A stretch of DNA of 64,000 nucleotides from Octopus sinensis (GCF_006345805.1 NC_043001.1:83390001-83454000), one strand, 5' to 3'; positions 24,828 to 38,013 are shown, counted from the stretch's first letter. Notes: generated from the sequence alone by a model not told the origin. Made by a program: numbers and translations.

Positions 24828-27800
24828 TCATTTTGACTTTGCTTTATATTTGTACAAGTTGGCTCCAAGTCTCACCCAGAGACCTCAAGAGACAACAGGG
24901 TTGGAAGTTCATGTTGTTGTTATGCCTAGTGTGCCATATATTTGGGGGGGGGGATGTTGTACTAATGAATGTCTAAAAAAAAAGTTGTTTTTTTTTTTTT
25001 TTTTTTAACCGAAAATTATGGTTGTTTTAAACCTTGAGGTTCATAGAGAGTATTTTGCGTAGGATATGAGCAGTTCCCATGAGCACTATCTTTTGAACTT
25101 CTGCCATTTTGGGGTTTCCTGGTATCTGAGTTAGGTAGCTATCAGCCCCTTTGCTATCATTCCAGGGCACTATGACAACAGTATTGTTTTAGTCTTCAGC
25201 TTCCACATTTTGCTGATTCTATTTCAAGATCTTATATTGCTCAGTTTTGGTAGGTCCGACAGATACGTTTATATCGATTGGGACAGTCATATCAATGAGG
25301 AGGCATGTTCTTTGTTTGAAGTCTTTCAATATGATGTTCTGGCCTATTTGCATCTATCTTCCTGTCAGTTTGAATGGTGAAGTTCAGAGGAGTGAGATGT
25401 GGTCATTTTCAAGCACTGGGGGTGGTTTGTGTTCCCACCAGTTTTTCATGGGGCAAATCCAGGTTTTACAGATTACCCAGTGAATATTGTGCAGCTCTAT
25501 CGTGCCTGTTGAGATACTCTGTAGGCGCTAGAGAAGACTGCACTTGGAGACCACATGGTCAATGGTTTCATTTTGTTGCTTGCAACAGACACGTTGGACT
25601 GCTTCTGATCTTAATATGTTGGCCTGGTAGTTTCTTGTTGGTAGGCATTGATTCTGAGCTGCTATGATAAACCCTCTGTTTCAGATTTAAGCCAGAGGCC
25701 ATTAGCCATTGATGGGTCAGGGCTTTGTCGATATCTGCATTATTCGCTCTCTTTGGTATTTGCCGTAGAGAGGGTTTTTCTTGCCATTTATTATTCAGAA
25801 TATCTAAGGCCAGCAGCAGTTTGGCACGGGTTTTCATGCGCCTAGCTTTTTTGTGCTTTTTCTTGTATGTCTATCTCTAAATTCCGAAATTGGTTGTATT
25901 CGGAATCACTAGATATTCCTTTGCTGTTGTGGTGATGAGTATGATGCTTTCTTGTTTCATGTTTGAGACAAGTTTTAACATCCAGTCCTCAGAGTTTTCA
26001 GGTAGGTGGTATAGGCCAATTGTAGCAATCTCATTGTTATTGCAGTTGCAAAAGACCACGGCCTCCCTCTTTTCTTGGCAGATAGAGTCGTTCTGTATCT
26101 GCCTTAGGGTCGTGCATTCTATGCATTGTCAACAGTTTCCTGTATTTTTCTGTCGAGCTGACATATTTCAGTAATTGACCAGTTAACAATATTGAAACTG
26201 TAAGTCACGACTGGTATAGCTAATGCATTGATTGCTTCGATCCTGTTCTTGCATTCAGCTCTGTCTTGAGTATTGCTCTCACTCTTCGATAGCATTCTCT
26301 CCTGATCCTTTCCTTCATCTGAATGCCATTCGTTCCCTTCAATTACCCTAGGTACTTGTAGCTCTCCGCTGGTCTAGTCTTTTATGACATTCTGTTGGTC
26401 AAGGTTAACGTTAGATGTTTCTGTCATTTTCTTTGATAAAGGTAGCCTTTGCACATTATCGAGGCCGAATTGCATTCTGATGGCGTCACTGAATTGTTTG
26501 ACTATCGCTATAAGCCCTTGAGTTGTTGATCATTTTTTGCAAAAAAAGCTTTAAATCATCCATGTAAACGAGATGATTTATATTTTATCAAAAATTTTAT
26601 ACCCGTACTGCGCGTCTTGAGCAGCTTTGAGAGAGGTATTAAGGATAAAACAAAAAGAGGAGTGGTGACAGTGAGTCACCCTGGAAAATGCCACACGAAA
26701 TTTTTACATCACCAGCATTAGGGATTCACTGTCACTGTTCAGAGTTAGTGTGGTTCTCCATGATCTCATACTTACAGTCAAGAAGTTTCGCCAGAGTGGT
26801 GCTATCTTATGCATTTCAAGGCATTTCCTAACCAGCTATGTGGCAGGCATGATAAGTTTTTGTGTCGTTTGTGACATCTTCTAAGATCATCTTATTGAGA
26901 GTAGTTGGTCTTACAGCCGTAGGATCCACGTTTACCATCATTTCTGTTCATTAGGAATATGCTGCTGTCTGTTAAAAAACTATAGGTATATTCCGTCGGG
27001 ACAGATGTTAGAGTTTTGTACATAGTTGTTAAGCAGGTTATGGGTCTATAGTTTTTTGGTTCATTTGTTTCTTCACTTTTTGGAAGCAGGAATGTAACCC
27101 ATTAACTAGCCAAGGAGGCATCCTACTAGGGTGTTGCAGAACATCATTGGACAGTTCTGTTAGCAGTTCATGGCTCTCTGGGAATGGCATTCAGCCAGAA
27201 GTTAGGAATTTTATCCTTCCTGGAGACTTCAATTTGCTTGACTCCTGAGAGCAGATCTTATATCTTAACTGACACCCTCCCACTTTTGCTCTTCTAAGGG
27301 GTCCAGTTTGTAGATATTCTGTCAATCCAGGGGGCCTTTCGTTGTTGTGTTTTTTCTTCTGCCCAGATTACCAAAATCTTGCACTTCTTCTTTTGATGGT
27401 ACAGACCCTGCAGTAAACGCTGTTTTTCCTATCTTCTGTAAAAATTCTTGGTGTTATTTTTGAAAACATGTTGTTGTCTTGAAAATCTAACACGCTTTTC
27501 ATACCTCGCTATGCGGGTAGTTGGCAGATACCTTTTGTTTGATGGTTTCTATGGTGGCATCAATATCAAGTATAGTTTTCATATTGATTTTTTCAGTAAT
27601 TTTGGGGTTTTTGTAGGTTGGTAGTCTTGTGAGCCTGAAGGTTTTTCAAATATTCAATGTCAGATCTAAATACTTAATGTTGTGTTGCAGACGCTTGCCA
27701 AGAAGGCCTTTTGTGGGAATGTTGCCGTTTTCTAAGCTTTACACCACATAGGATCGTTGAGATTTTCGCGGAGCATAGTATAGGTGGGTGAGGTTGATGA

Positions 27801-27845
27801 TAGCAACATCATTAACTGAAATTATATCCTTAAGTGCAAGCCGGA
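24828..27845 (-). mobile_element. Decayed about 3-kb R4/Dong-clade retrotransposon between (TTA)n arrays
   Basis: Minus-strand fragments: RIARYEKR.RF.RQ (N-terminal region), YMDDLK (RT), HQWLMASGL, NRPDII (RLE), IVLMGTAHILRKILSM (C-terminus); 3' UTR then (AAT)n. Confidence 0.85.
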
Positions 27846-27877
27846 TTTTACCAATTTTATTTTACCATTTTATTATT

Positions 27878-27911
<34 letters not shown>

Positions 27912-28159
27912 CATTATTATCATTATATATTATTATATTATTACATTATTATTATTATATTATTAGTATTATTATAACTTATTATTATTTTTATCATTAT
28001 TAGGATTATTATTATTTTATTATTATTATTATCATTATATTATGATCTTCTTATTATTATTATCCTTATTATTATTATATTATTATTATTATTATTATTA
28101 TTATTATCATTATGATATTATTATTATTATTGTTATTATTATTATTGTTCCAATCAGGA

Positions 28160-28540
28160 CTCACGCCATTAGCCACAAAGAATAATCTCTAATTCGAGCC
28201 TACTCTAAGCAACTAAGATTGCGTGTGGCAACATGAAGATCCACCCACCACACGCGATAGACTATTCGTTGCACGGGCGCGAAAGCTACGTTGTTATCCT
28301 CATTCCGTAAACGGCGGCTTTTAACGGGTGGAGAGCTGAACCATCCTGGGGTACAGAGGATTCGCAATCTAGACTAGGGTCTGAACGTTTACCACACCAT
28401 AGCAGGTTACACCATGGTTCCTCTGCTTTGTGGCCGAAGTAGGAAGGAAGAAAGAGTAAGAGAAAGTTGTGGTGAAAGAGTACGGCAGAGTTCACCCCAC
28501 CACCACCACCGCCGGAGCCTCGTGGAGCTTAGGTGTTTTT
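28160..28540 (-). mobile_element. SINE family C body/tail, interrupted by a family B insertion
   Basis: GGTGAAAGAGTAC..CCGGAGCCTCGTGGAGCTTAGGTGTTTT matches 32455-32520. Confidence 0.7.
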
Positions 28541-28541
28541 A

Positions 28542-28775
28542 TTATTTCTTTACTAGCCACAATGGGCTAAACACAGAGGGAACAAACAAGGACAGACAAA
28601 TGTATTAAGTCGATTACATCGACCCCAGTGCGTAACTGGTACTTAATTTATCGACCCCGAAAGGATGAAAGGCAAAGTCGACTTCGGCAGAATTTGAACT
28701 CAGAACGCAGCGGCAGAAGAAATACCGCAAAGCATTTCACCCGGCGTGCTAACGATTCTGCCAGCTCGCCGCCTT
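28542..28775 (-). mobile_element. SINE family B variant with Tx1-like 3' tail and 13-bp TSD
   Basis: Intact head GGCGGCGAGCTGGCAGAATCGTTAGCAC; TSD TTAGGTGTTTTTA at 28529-28541 and 28776-28788; tail matches 5053-5102. Confidence 0.85.
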
Positions 28776-29282
28776 TTAGGTGTTTTTACCCAATAATGCT
28801 GCTGCTGTTGTGGATACAGCAGTTATTAATGTGTCTAATGCTGCTGTTGATGCTACTATCTCTGTGTGGTATGTGTTTTATTTTTGTCAAATGCAGGTTA
28901 CCATATTTAACATGAGCTGAAAATAATTTTGAACCTACTGAACTCTAGACCATGAATTTTTTGCTCATTACGGTTATGATCTCCACTGACTATAAATAGT
29001 TTTCGATATAATAGAGTGCACTTAACTATACATTCTTCATGCAGAAGACTCGCTTAGAATAACTTCCAATTTCATGTCTTATGTTCGATGGGGATGTACG
29101 AGAGAAATGGCGTTGTTTGGTGTGAGCAGTTTTCATGTAATGTCAATGAGTGTGAAGGTACGCGCTTTTCACGATAACAAAATGTGTCATTCACATGTCT
29201 ATGTAGCCACACATACATACATACATACATACATACATACATACATACATACATACATACATACATAGACAGACAGACAGAC

Positions 29283-29364
<82 letters not shown>

Positions 29365-29687
29365 GCATGTGTGTTTGTGTGTGAACTTGTAGACGAGTGT
29401 ATATATGCGTGTGAGTGTATGTATGTGTGTGAGTGAGTGTGTGTGTGTGTGAATGTACATAAATATTATTCTTATATATTATGTCTTGTTCTTTAGCCAA
29501 GAAATTTAACCAATCATAGGTAATCGATAGAATTTATTATAATAACAACAACAACATGAAAAATTATGGAAGAAGGAAAAAATAAAACCTTTGATATATA
29601 GAGAGAAAGATAGAGAGGGAGAGAGAGATACATAAATACATTTATACGTACGTACATACATACATACATACATACATAATACATACA

Positions 29688-29723
<36 letters not shown>

Positions 29724-29767
29724 CCCACAGACACACACACGTGTGTGTGTGTGTGCGTGTGTGTGTG

Positions 29768-29834
<67 letters not shown>

Positions 29835-30332
29835 GTGTGCGTGTGTGTGTATAAATAATCAATCAATAAAGTACAGACTATAAGCTAATTGCACTGGAGA
29901 AAAAATGCTTAGATAAGGATAAAACAATAGAAAAAAGAACAAAAATGTAAACAAAAATATTGAAACAAAACACTTCAAAATTTACTAAAGAAAAAACAAC
30001 AATAATGATGTGGAAAGCATCCCCCATGGACAATAACCTTACAAAAGACGACAGAGAGGAAGTAACACAGTGTGAAAGCCAACGATGGCTTAAAGGTCTC
30101 ACGTAAAAGAAATGAAAAGTCTTGTTTATACCGCACGGGACCAACGTTGATTCACAAAGGAAAATATAATTAGAAATGTAGCGTAATGAATAAGGCTGCT
30201 AACATCAAGCATAAAGTATGGAATCAGTGTAAAGAATCAATGGACTTCATCTATTCTTATTGTCCAGTCCTTATAAATACAGCTCTGGCCCAGTAAACAA
30301 CTCTGATCATTAGGTGACTTGCATGTGTGTAG

Positions 30333-30373
<41 letters not shown>

Positions 30374-30475
30374 CAATAATAAATCTCTGAAGGAGGTATA
30401 GACAGTAGCTGCACGACAATGGTTAGTGGTTAGCCATATTGAGATGGCAAATATACTTCACATTATATATGTATG

Positions 30476-30543
<68 letters not shown>

Positions 30544-30611
30544 CACATACTACATAATGTATATGTGAAGTATATTTGCCATCTCAATATGGCTAACCAC
30601 TAACCATTGTC

Positions 30612-30653
<42 letters not shown>

Positions 30654-30771
30654 GTATGTATATATATGTATATAATATATATATATGTATATGTATATAT
30701 ATATTATGTATATGTATATGTATATATGTGTGTATGTGTATTTGCGTGTGTGTGTATGTGTGTGTGTGATA

Positions 30772-30929
30772 ATTAGCTTGCTTACTAACCACATGGTTCC
30801 GGGTTCAGTCCCACTGCGTTGTACCTTGGACAAGTGTCTTCTACTATAGCCTCGGGCCGACAAAGCCTTGTGAGTGGATTTGGTAGACGGAAACTGAATG
30901 AAGCCCATCGTATAATGTATGTATATATA

Positions 30930-30984
<55 letters not shown>

Positions 30985-31053
30985 CATATATATATATGCA
31001 TATATGTATATATGTATATATACATATACATATATATATATATATACAATATA

Positions 31054-31117
<64 letters not shown>

Positions 31118-31305
31118 GTGTGTGTGTGTATGTATGTGTGTGTATATGTTTGCGCGTCTGTGTTTGTCCCATCACTTAGTGGCTCGACAAGAGAGACCGA
31201 CAGAATAAGTACTAGGCATACAAATAATAAGTCCTCGAGTCGATTTGCTCGACTAAAGGCGGTGCTCCAGCACGGCCACAGTCAAATGACTGAAACAAGT
31301 AAAGG
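30772..31305 (+). mobile_element. SINE family A with expanded internal (TA)n
   Basis: Same head, body and tail as 21224-21680. Confidence 0.85.
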
Positions 31306-31928
31306 AGTAAAGTGGACATACGAAAGTGAATAAATGTAATTTCTGGTAACGTGCATCGTCTCTAAGCGATTCAATCTACATATTGATATACTATATATAG
31401 AGAGATAGGGGGGGAGAACAGACAGACAGAGACAGGACAGGCAGGCAGAGAAGGAGAGAAAAAAACAAAGATATTTTATTCCATGCGAGTAGAAATATAG
31501 GAAAAAATAGAAGTTGAAAATGTACTGAGAATAGTTAAAATATTTTTTTATAAATATATTTGAAGTTTTAACCGGTTTCACAGTCTACACTGATTTTCAA
31601 ATATTTCAAATAGAAAGACGTGGCTTATGTCGCAGCTGTCTTGCTCCTAACTAGTATTTGAAGTATGCCTTGATTTTATAGGGAGTTCATGGCTCAAATT
31701 AGTGTATGTTTTGAATAGGATTTGATTGGTTGAGGATAACCAAATATTACTTAGATTAGTGAAGAGCTTAAAGCAATCTTTTGGTAGGGTCCCAAGTTAT
31801 GGGTCATCACAGTTCTATATTGTAAATCTGTTGATGGACTTCAGATAAACTTGTTTTACAGGATCATATTTAAGAAACAAGTTTAAAATAATGGTCATAA
31901 CATATTATTCCTTTATTAGAGCAAATTT

Positions 31929-32155
31929 GGCTTACAGTTGTTTCCAGTAATCATTATAGGTACATTATTTATAGGTTTGTTCAGTTGGTCTACTTGAATG
32001 ACCTAAGAAAATTAATGCTACTTTCGTTAGAGCCATTTCTGGAAGAAATACCTCTGACGAAAGTAACATTAATTTTCTTAGCTCGTTCAACTGATCAATA
32101 GACTAACTGAGAAAACCTATTAATAATGCACCTATAATGACTACTGGAAACAGCT
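31929..32155. ncRNA. Inverted pair of hammerhead-containing repeats (PLE pseudo-LTR-like)
   Basis: Minus copy 32034-31929: GGCT-CTAACGA..GAAAC-AACT-GTA-AGCC. Plus copy 32050-32155: CTGACGA..CTACTG-GAAAC-AGCT. Confidence 0.6.
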
Positions 32156-32191
32156 AATAATTATATGTGATGACTTTTATTTTTAATGCAA

Positions 32192-32230
<39 letters not shown>

Positions 32231-32304
32231 TATATATATATATAATATATATATATAAAATATATATAAATAAATAGATATATATATAATATATATATAT
32301 ATAT

Positions 32305-32602
32305 CACGTGATCACGTGACCGACCAGTCCATCAGATGTAGTTACACATCGCTGGTCACAATGCGTTCGCATTGTTTTTAGCCTTCGAATGACGCCAGCC
32401 CACGCCATGGCTGCTAAGCGAGCAGGCCAACAGAAGAAAGCGTGGGAAAAGAGTGGTGAAAGAGTACAGCAGGGATCACCACCCCTTGCCGGAGCCTCGT
32501 GGAGCCTTTAGGTGTTTTCGCTCAATAAAACACTCACAACGCCCGATCTGGGAATCGAAACCGCGAGTCTGCTGCCCTAACCACTGGGCCTTTGCGCCTC
32601 CA
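32305..32602 (-). mobile_element. Full-length SINE family C
   Basis: Head GTGGAGGCGCAAAGGCCCAGTGGTTAGGGCAGC; tail GGACTGGTCGGTCACGTGATCACGTGAT (also at 13680-13745). Confidence 0.8.
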
Positions 32603-32621
32603 CACACGCGCACGCACCACA

Positions 32622-32652
<31 letters not shown>

Positions 32653-32656
32653 CACA

Positions 32657-32701
<45 letters not shown>

Positions 32702-32714
32702 TATATACATATAC

Positions 32715-32763
<49 letters not shown>

Positions 32764-33042
32764 TGTGTGTATGTAAAGCGAGATTTCTATATATCGTAAA
32801 TTTGCGGAAGAATTTGTGGTGTGGGTGGTTTAGCTTAATCACGTAGGTGTGAGTTCGAGTCTCATAGCCAACCGCCAATACATTTTTCTGCAAAATAGGG
32901 GTAGCTTATCCTGTTCAGGCTACATTATTAGCATTATCCTGCGTTTGAGAATTTGAAATCACTTCTTTAACTTTCTAAGACATCTTAAAGCTTCTAAACC
33001 AAACTTAGTTTGTTTGTTTGCGTTCATCGTAATTTGAATTCT

Positions 33043-33115
<73 letters not shown>

Positions 33116-33146
33116 GAGAGAGAGAGAGAAGAGAGAGAGAGAGATA

Positions 33147-34988
33147 AGTTTCTTTATTGGCAACATAGGGCTGCACACAGATGGGACAAGAGCTTTTCTT
33201 TTGGGGGATGAAAAAAACAAAAAAACAAAAGAAAAAAAAGGGGTGACGTAGGTTTTCGATCAAGAGGGATCGTAAAAGGGAAGAAAAGAACAAAAAAAAC
33301 AATAAATAAATAAATAAAATAAAAAATAAAAAGAATAAAAAGAAAAGGAAAAGGAACAAAAGAAAAGAGAAATGAAAAAAGAAGAAAAAAGGGGGAAAAA
33401 GGGGGAAGAGGAAAAAAAAGAACGATCAATAGGGATCGTGTATCACAGTGTTATGATATATGGTGTAAAGGGGAAAGCAAGTAAGGTTTATCCGTGGGAA
33501 GAAAAGCCTACGAAAAAGACCACGGTAACCTTGGTCAATATTGTTATATGTTACCACATTTGTTTGCAAGTGGGTAACCCTCTGTTTTCAATTTCTGGGT
33601 TCATAGGATTATGCTCAAGGTGGCTTCGTCATTCATACGTGCCATCCTTGCTACATTCACCATCATCTTTTTTTAAAACATTCACTAGACAAAACTTGCC
33701 TCTCTACTCTCACTTTCCTTTTCAAGTGGTACTTGAAGAAGTTGATGAGAGATTGACCAGAGAGGAAAGTGTTTGTCTCCAATCCTTTCAGACGCGCCCA
33801 CCAGATACATTATTTTGCCATAGCCACAAGGATGATGAAAATAGCTCTTCCTTCCCGTTTGAAGGAAGGAGGCGTGACAATATTGACGATAGACTCAGCT
33901 GATAAACCGACTCATCCCACACGTGACATCAGTTGTTCGACACAAGCCCACAGGTCGGAAATTGTTGGACACTGCACGAGTGCGTGCAGAACGGTTTCGT
34001 CGCTCTGACCGCATCTCGAGCAGGTCGGCCCCGTGTTTCTCGAGCCGTGTCTGTAGAGCTTATCCCGAACGGGTAGCGCTTCTCGGTAGCACTGCCAGGC
34101 CAGGGATCTCTGGAAGTTGTCCATGGGCCCTGGCCCGAAAGTCGTCCTGAACAGGTGGGTCAGGTACTCCTCGTCGACGTCCAGGTTCGCCCCGAGCTCG
34201 TCGTCGTACCTCCCCTCCACTAATCCCCTATAGAATGCTTTGGTTGTATTGAAGTCACTCAAGGTCGACCCAGGACGGCAGAGTTGCTTGAGAGCAACGC
34301 GACACTCGCGGTGCCATTCGCCCTTCCTCGGCCTCTTTTTGATCCACGACTGCAGTTCGGTCATGGAGACGAGCTGCGGAAAAGCGTGCCTCACAAACGG
34401 CGACCACACCTGTTCACCGTCGTCTACATAGAGCCAGAGATGTCGCAGTCTCAGCGCGTGTCTGCGCATCATCAACCACGGCATGCCCAGCCCTCCTTTT
34501 AACGGGTGTTGACAGCAAAGGATCGCCTGACCATCGGGACGCATCCTTTCCACAAGAAGCGAAAGAGAATGCGTTGTAGTTTGGTGATGGTAGGGTCGGG
34601 ACAAGGTACGACGGTCAGGCGGTAGTAGAGACGGACGCGATGTACGTGTTCGCCACCTCCGCCCGACCTTTTAGGGACAGTTTCCTCTCGGCCCATTGCC
34701 GGGCGGAGTGACCACCCTACTCGTTATCTCGTTCCAGTTCTTCTCCACTGGGGGGTCCGGACCAAACCAGACCCCGAGCAACTCAACCGGGCCGTCGGTC
34801 CAGCGTCCCACGACAGGGGCGCTGGTGGACAGCATGGGCTTGCTTCTCCAGGTGCCTAGTCGCAAGCCCACTGACTTTTCCCGGTTGATTTTCGCTCCTG
34901 TCACCGCTTCGTAGTTTTTCAGTGTCTCGCCGACCTGCTCGATGTGCTCGTGGCTAGACACTATGACGGTGACGTCGTCCGCGTATGC

Positions 34989-34990
<2 letters not shown>
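33147..34990 (-). mobile_element. Tx1/L1-clade LINE, truncated at the RT catalytic motif
   Basis: SAYADDVTVIV..NYEAVTGAKINREKSVGL..LLGVWFG (RT 5-7), LQRILFRFLWKG, GGLGMP, zf-RVT; frameshifts; 5' junction into (GATA)n. Confidence 0.9.
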
Positions 34991-35069
<79 letters not shown>

Positions 35070-35149
35070 CATACATAGGTTTTTCTTTCCAAGGCTACAC
35101 CTAAACTGTGAACCTTATATATATATATAATATATATATTGCCTTTTTA

Positions 35150-35293
35150 TACACCACACAACCCACAGATCCCTATTGATCAAACGTTTTTTTTTTGTGC
35201 CCCACCCATCCCACCTCGAAAAGAAAAAATTCTACATTGTATTTCGTCCATTTTTATTCTGTGTTTAGCCCTGTGTGGCTACAATAAAAAGTT
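35150..35293 (+). mobile_element. Short 3'-UTR-only copy of a Tx1-family element
   Basis: GATCCCTATTGATC and CTGTGTTTAGCCCTGTGTGGCT match the Tx1 3' UTR; followed by (TCTA)n. Confidence 0.65.
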
Positions 35294-35358
35294 ATCTATC
35301 TATCAATCTATCTATCTAGCTACATATCTATCTATCTACCTATCTATCTATCTATATA

Positions 35359-35577
35359 CGAGGGGGTGCTGAAAAGTTCCTGCGTTTAGGTAAAAGAAAA
35401 TACAGGAGTGTCAGTTAATCATGATATTATTCAACATATACCTCTCTCAGATTCACACACTGCTTGCAGCGGTCCTTCACTTACTCTAATCCTGGTACAA
35501 GAACTCCGCAGATTGAACCTCCAGCCGGGCCTTCCGCGACACCCTTAAAGTTATGGAACTCTTCAGTACCCCTAACG
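35359..35577. mobile_element. Mariner-type MITE (about 220 bp)
   Basis: Imperfect TIRs CGAGGGGGTGCTGAAAAGTTCC / GGAACTCTTCAGTACCCCTAACG; TA at left end, TG at right end. Confidence 0.65.
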
Positions 35578-35689
35578 TGTGTGTGTGTGTGTGGTGGTGT
35601 GAGTGTGTGTGGTGTGCGTGCGTGCGTGTGTGTGTGAGTGTGCATGTGTGCGTGTGTGTGTGAGTATGTGTATATATATGTGTGTGTGT

Positions 35690-35733
<44 letters not shown>

Positions 35734-36102
35734 AAAGAATATGTAAAGGTAGTTGTGAGAATTGTTGCTTGTGTGTATAGGTATATGTAAATATGAATGT
35801 TGCTGTGTATTTGTATATGTATGTCTGCGTGTAGCTGCGAGTGTATGTGTAGATATATTAGAGAGAGGATCTGCATATGTATGTGAGTATATGTAAATAA
35901 AAGTGAGACTATGTATGTGTATATGTATCTATATGTAGTGATATATGTAGGTGTGAATGCATGCGTGGATATGTCTATAGATATTTGTTAATGTGTTTAA
36001 TGATATGTGAATATGTATAGCTACATGTCTGTGTAAGTCTGTATATAGATAGATAGATAAATAGACAGACAGGTAGACAGATAGACAGATAGACAGACAG
36101 AC

Positions 36103-36185
<83 letters not shown>

Positions 36186-36186
36186 G

Positions 36187-36985
36187 ACTGAAGGTTTCCT
36201 GTTGGTGGCACAAGAGCAAAGCTTACATACCAGAAACTATCAGGCTAACGTTCTTCAAAACGGTTCTGACCCTAAATGCAGATTCTGCGACACATTTGAC
36301 GAAACAACAGACCATTTCGTTTCGGGATATCCTGTGCTGACACCAAACGAATACAAAAATCGCAACGATAGGGTAGGGCAGTACTTACATTGGAAAATAT
36401 GTAAACACTATAAAATCGGTACTCCTGCTTACTGGTGTGAACATGATCCTGAGCCAGTGACTGAAGATAAAAATGTCACTAACCTCTAGGATTTTCCAGT
36501 CAACACCGATAAAATGATCCAGGCTAATCGACCAGACATAATTATTAAAGACAAGGAAGAAAATACTTGTAGACTAATAGCTGTAAGTGTTCCTACTAAT
36601 AAAAATATATCTGTAAAAGAATTTGACAAGGACCTGGAAATTGAAATACAAAAGATGTGGCATCTTAAAGCAAAAACTGTTCCTGTTATTGTAGGTGTCC
36701 TTGGTATGATAAAAAGAAGGGATGTCAGAAAAAACTAGTTAACATCCCAGGAGAACCATATCTCAGAGAAATCCCAACGGTTGTGCTGAGAAGTACTGCC
36801 CAGTCGTTAGAAAAAACTTATCAGTTTAAATGTCTGTGCTGTATTACATGAAGAAATTCGCTTCTGCCTCTGTCACTTCTCCTCCCCGAGCTTTCAGTCA
36901 TACTGTATCCTTCACTCGCCATAGGACGCTGGGCGAGTCTCGGCGAGTGATTGTAACAAACATGCTGATTAAAAGTAAATAGCAA
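36187..36985 (+). mobile_element. R4/Dong-clade 3' fragment (CCHC plus RLE) ending in (AAG)n
   Basis: [62 protein letters not shown]. Confidence 0.85.
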
Positions 36986-37019
36986 GAAGAAGAAGAAGAA
37001 GAAGAAGAAGAAGAAGAAG

Positions 37020-37175
37020 AAGGCCAGCAAGTTTGGGGGAGAGGACAAGTCGATGACATCAACCTCAGTGTTTAACTGGTACTTATTTTATCGACCCCGA
37101 AAGGAAGAATGGTAAAGTCGATCTCGGCGGAATTTGAACTCGGAACATAAAGACGGACGAAATGCAGCTAAGGTG
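37020..37175 (-). mobile_element. SINE family B copy
   Basis: GTCGATGACATCAACCTCAGT..TTTATCGACCCCGAAAGGA..GGCGGAATTTGAACTC. Confidence 0.7.
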
Positions 37176-37304
37176 GGGAATAGTAGAGATGATGATGATG
37201 ATGACGACGACGACGAGGAAGAGCAAGAAGATGATGATGATGTGATGATGATGATGATGACGACGACGTCGATGAGGACGAGGAAGATGATGATGATGAT
37301 GATG

Positions 37305-37337
<33 letters not shown>

Positions 37338-37562
37338 CGACGACGACGATGGTGATGTAGGGAAGAGAGGTCAGCAATTTTGACAAAGAACATCGTGAGA
37401 ACGGCATAAGAGTTCAAGTCCCGTGACAGCTGGTGAATTAGACAACCTTTATTGACATAGGGTTCACATACAACTTATCTAATAATGAACAACACTCATA
37501 CATACATAAATGTATATGTTAACACGCACAGACATATATGCATGCATATACATACATACATA

Positions 37563-37634
<72 letters not shown>

Positions 37635-37643
37635 GACATATAT

Positions 37644-37702
<59 letters not shown>

Positions 37703-37890
37703 GAATATGTGCTTGAGCGTGTTCATGAATGTGTGTGTTTGTTTGTTGTGTGTTATATGTGTATTTGAATCAGTCCACAACAACTGCTTCTCCTAATTTC
37801 AAGAATATATTAAATAATCGGTTGTCATTATACTAGTATAAATGTGTATGTGTATGCCTGTATATATACACAAATATATACATACATACT

Positions 37891-37937
<47 letters not shown>

Positions 37938-37960
37938 GATAGATATATTATATAATATAT

Positions 37961-38013
<53 letters not shown>

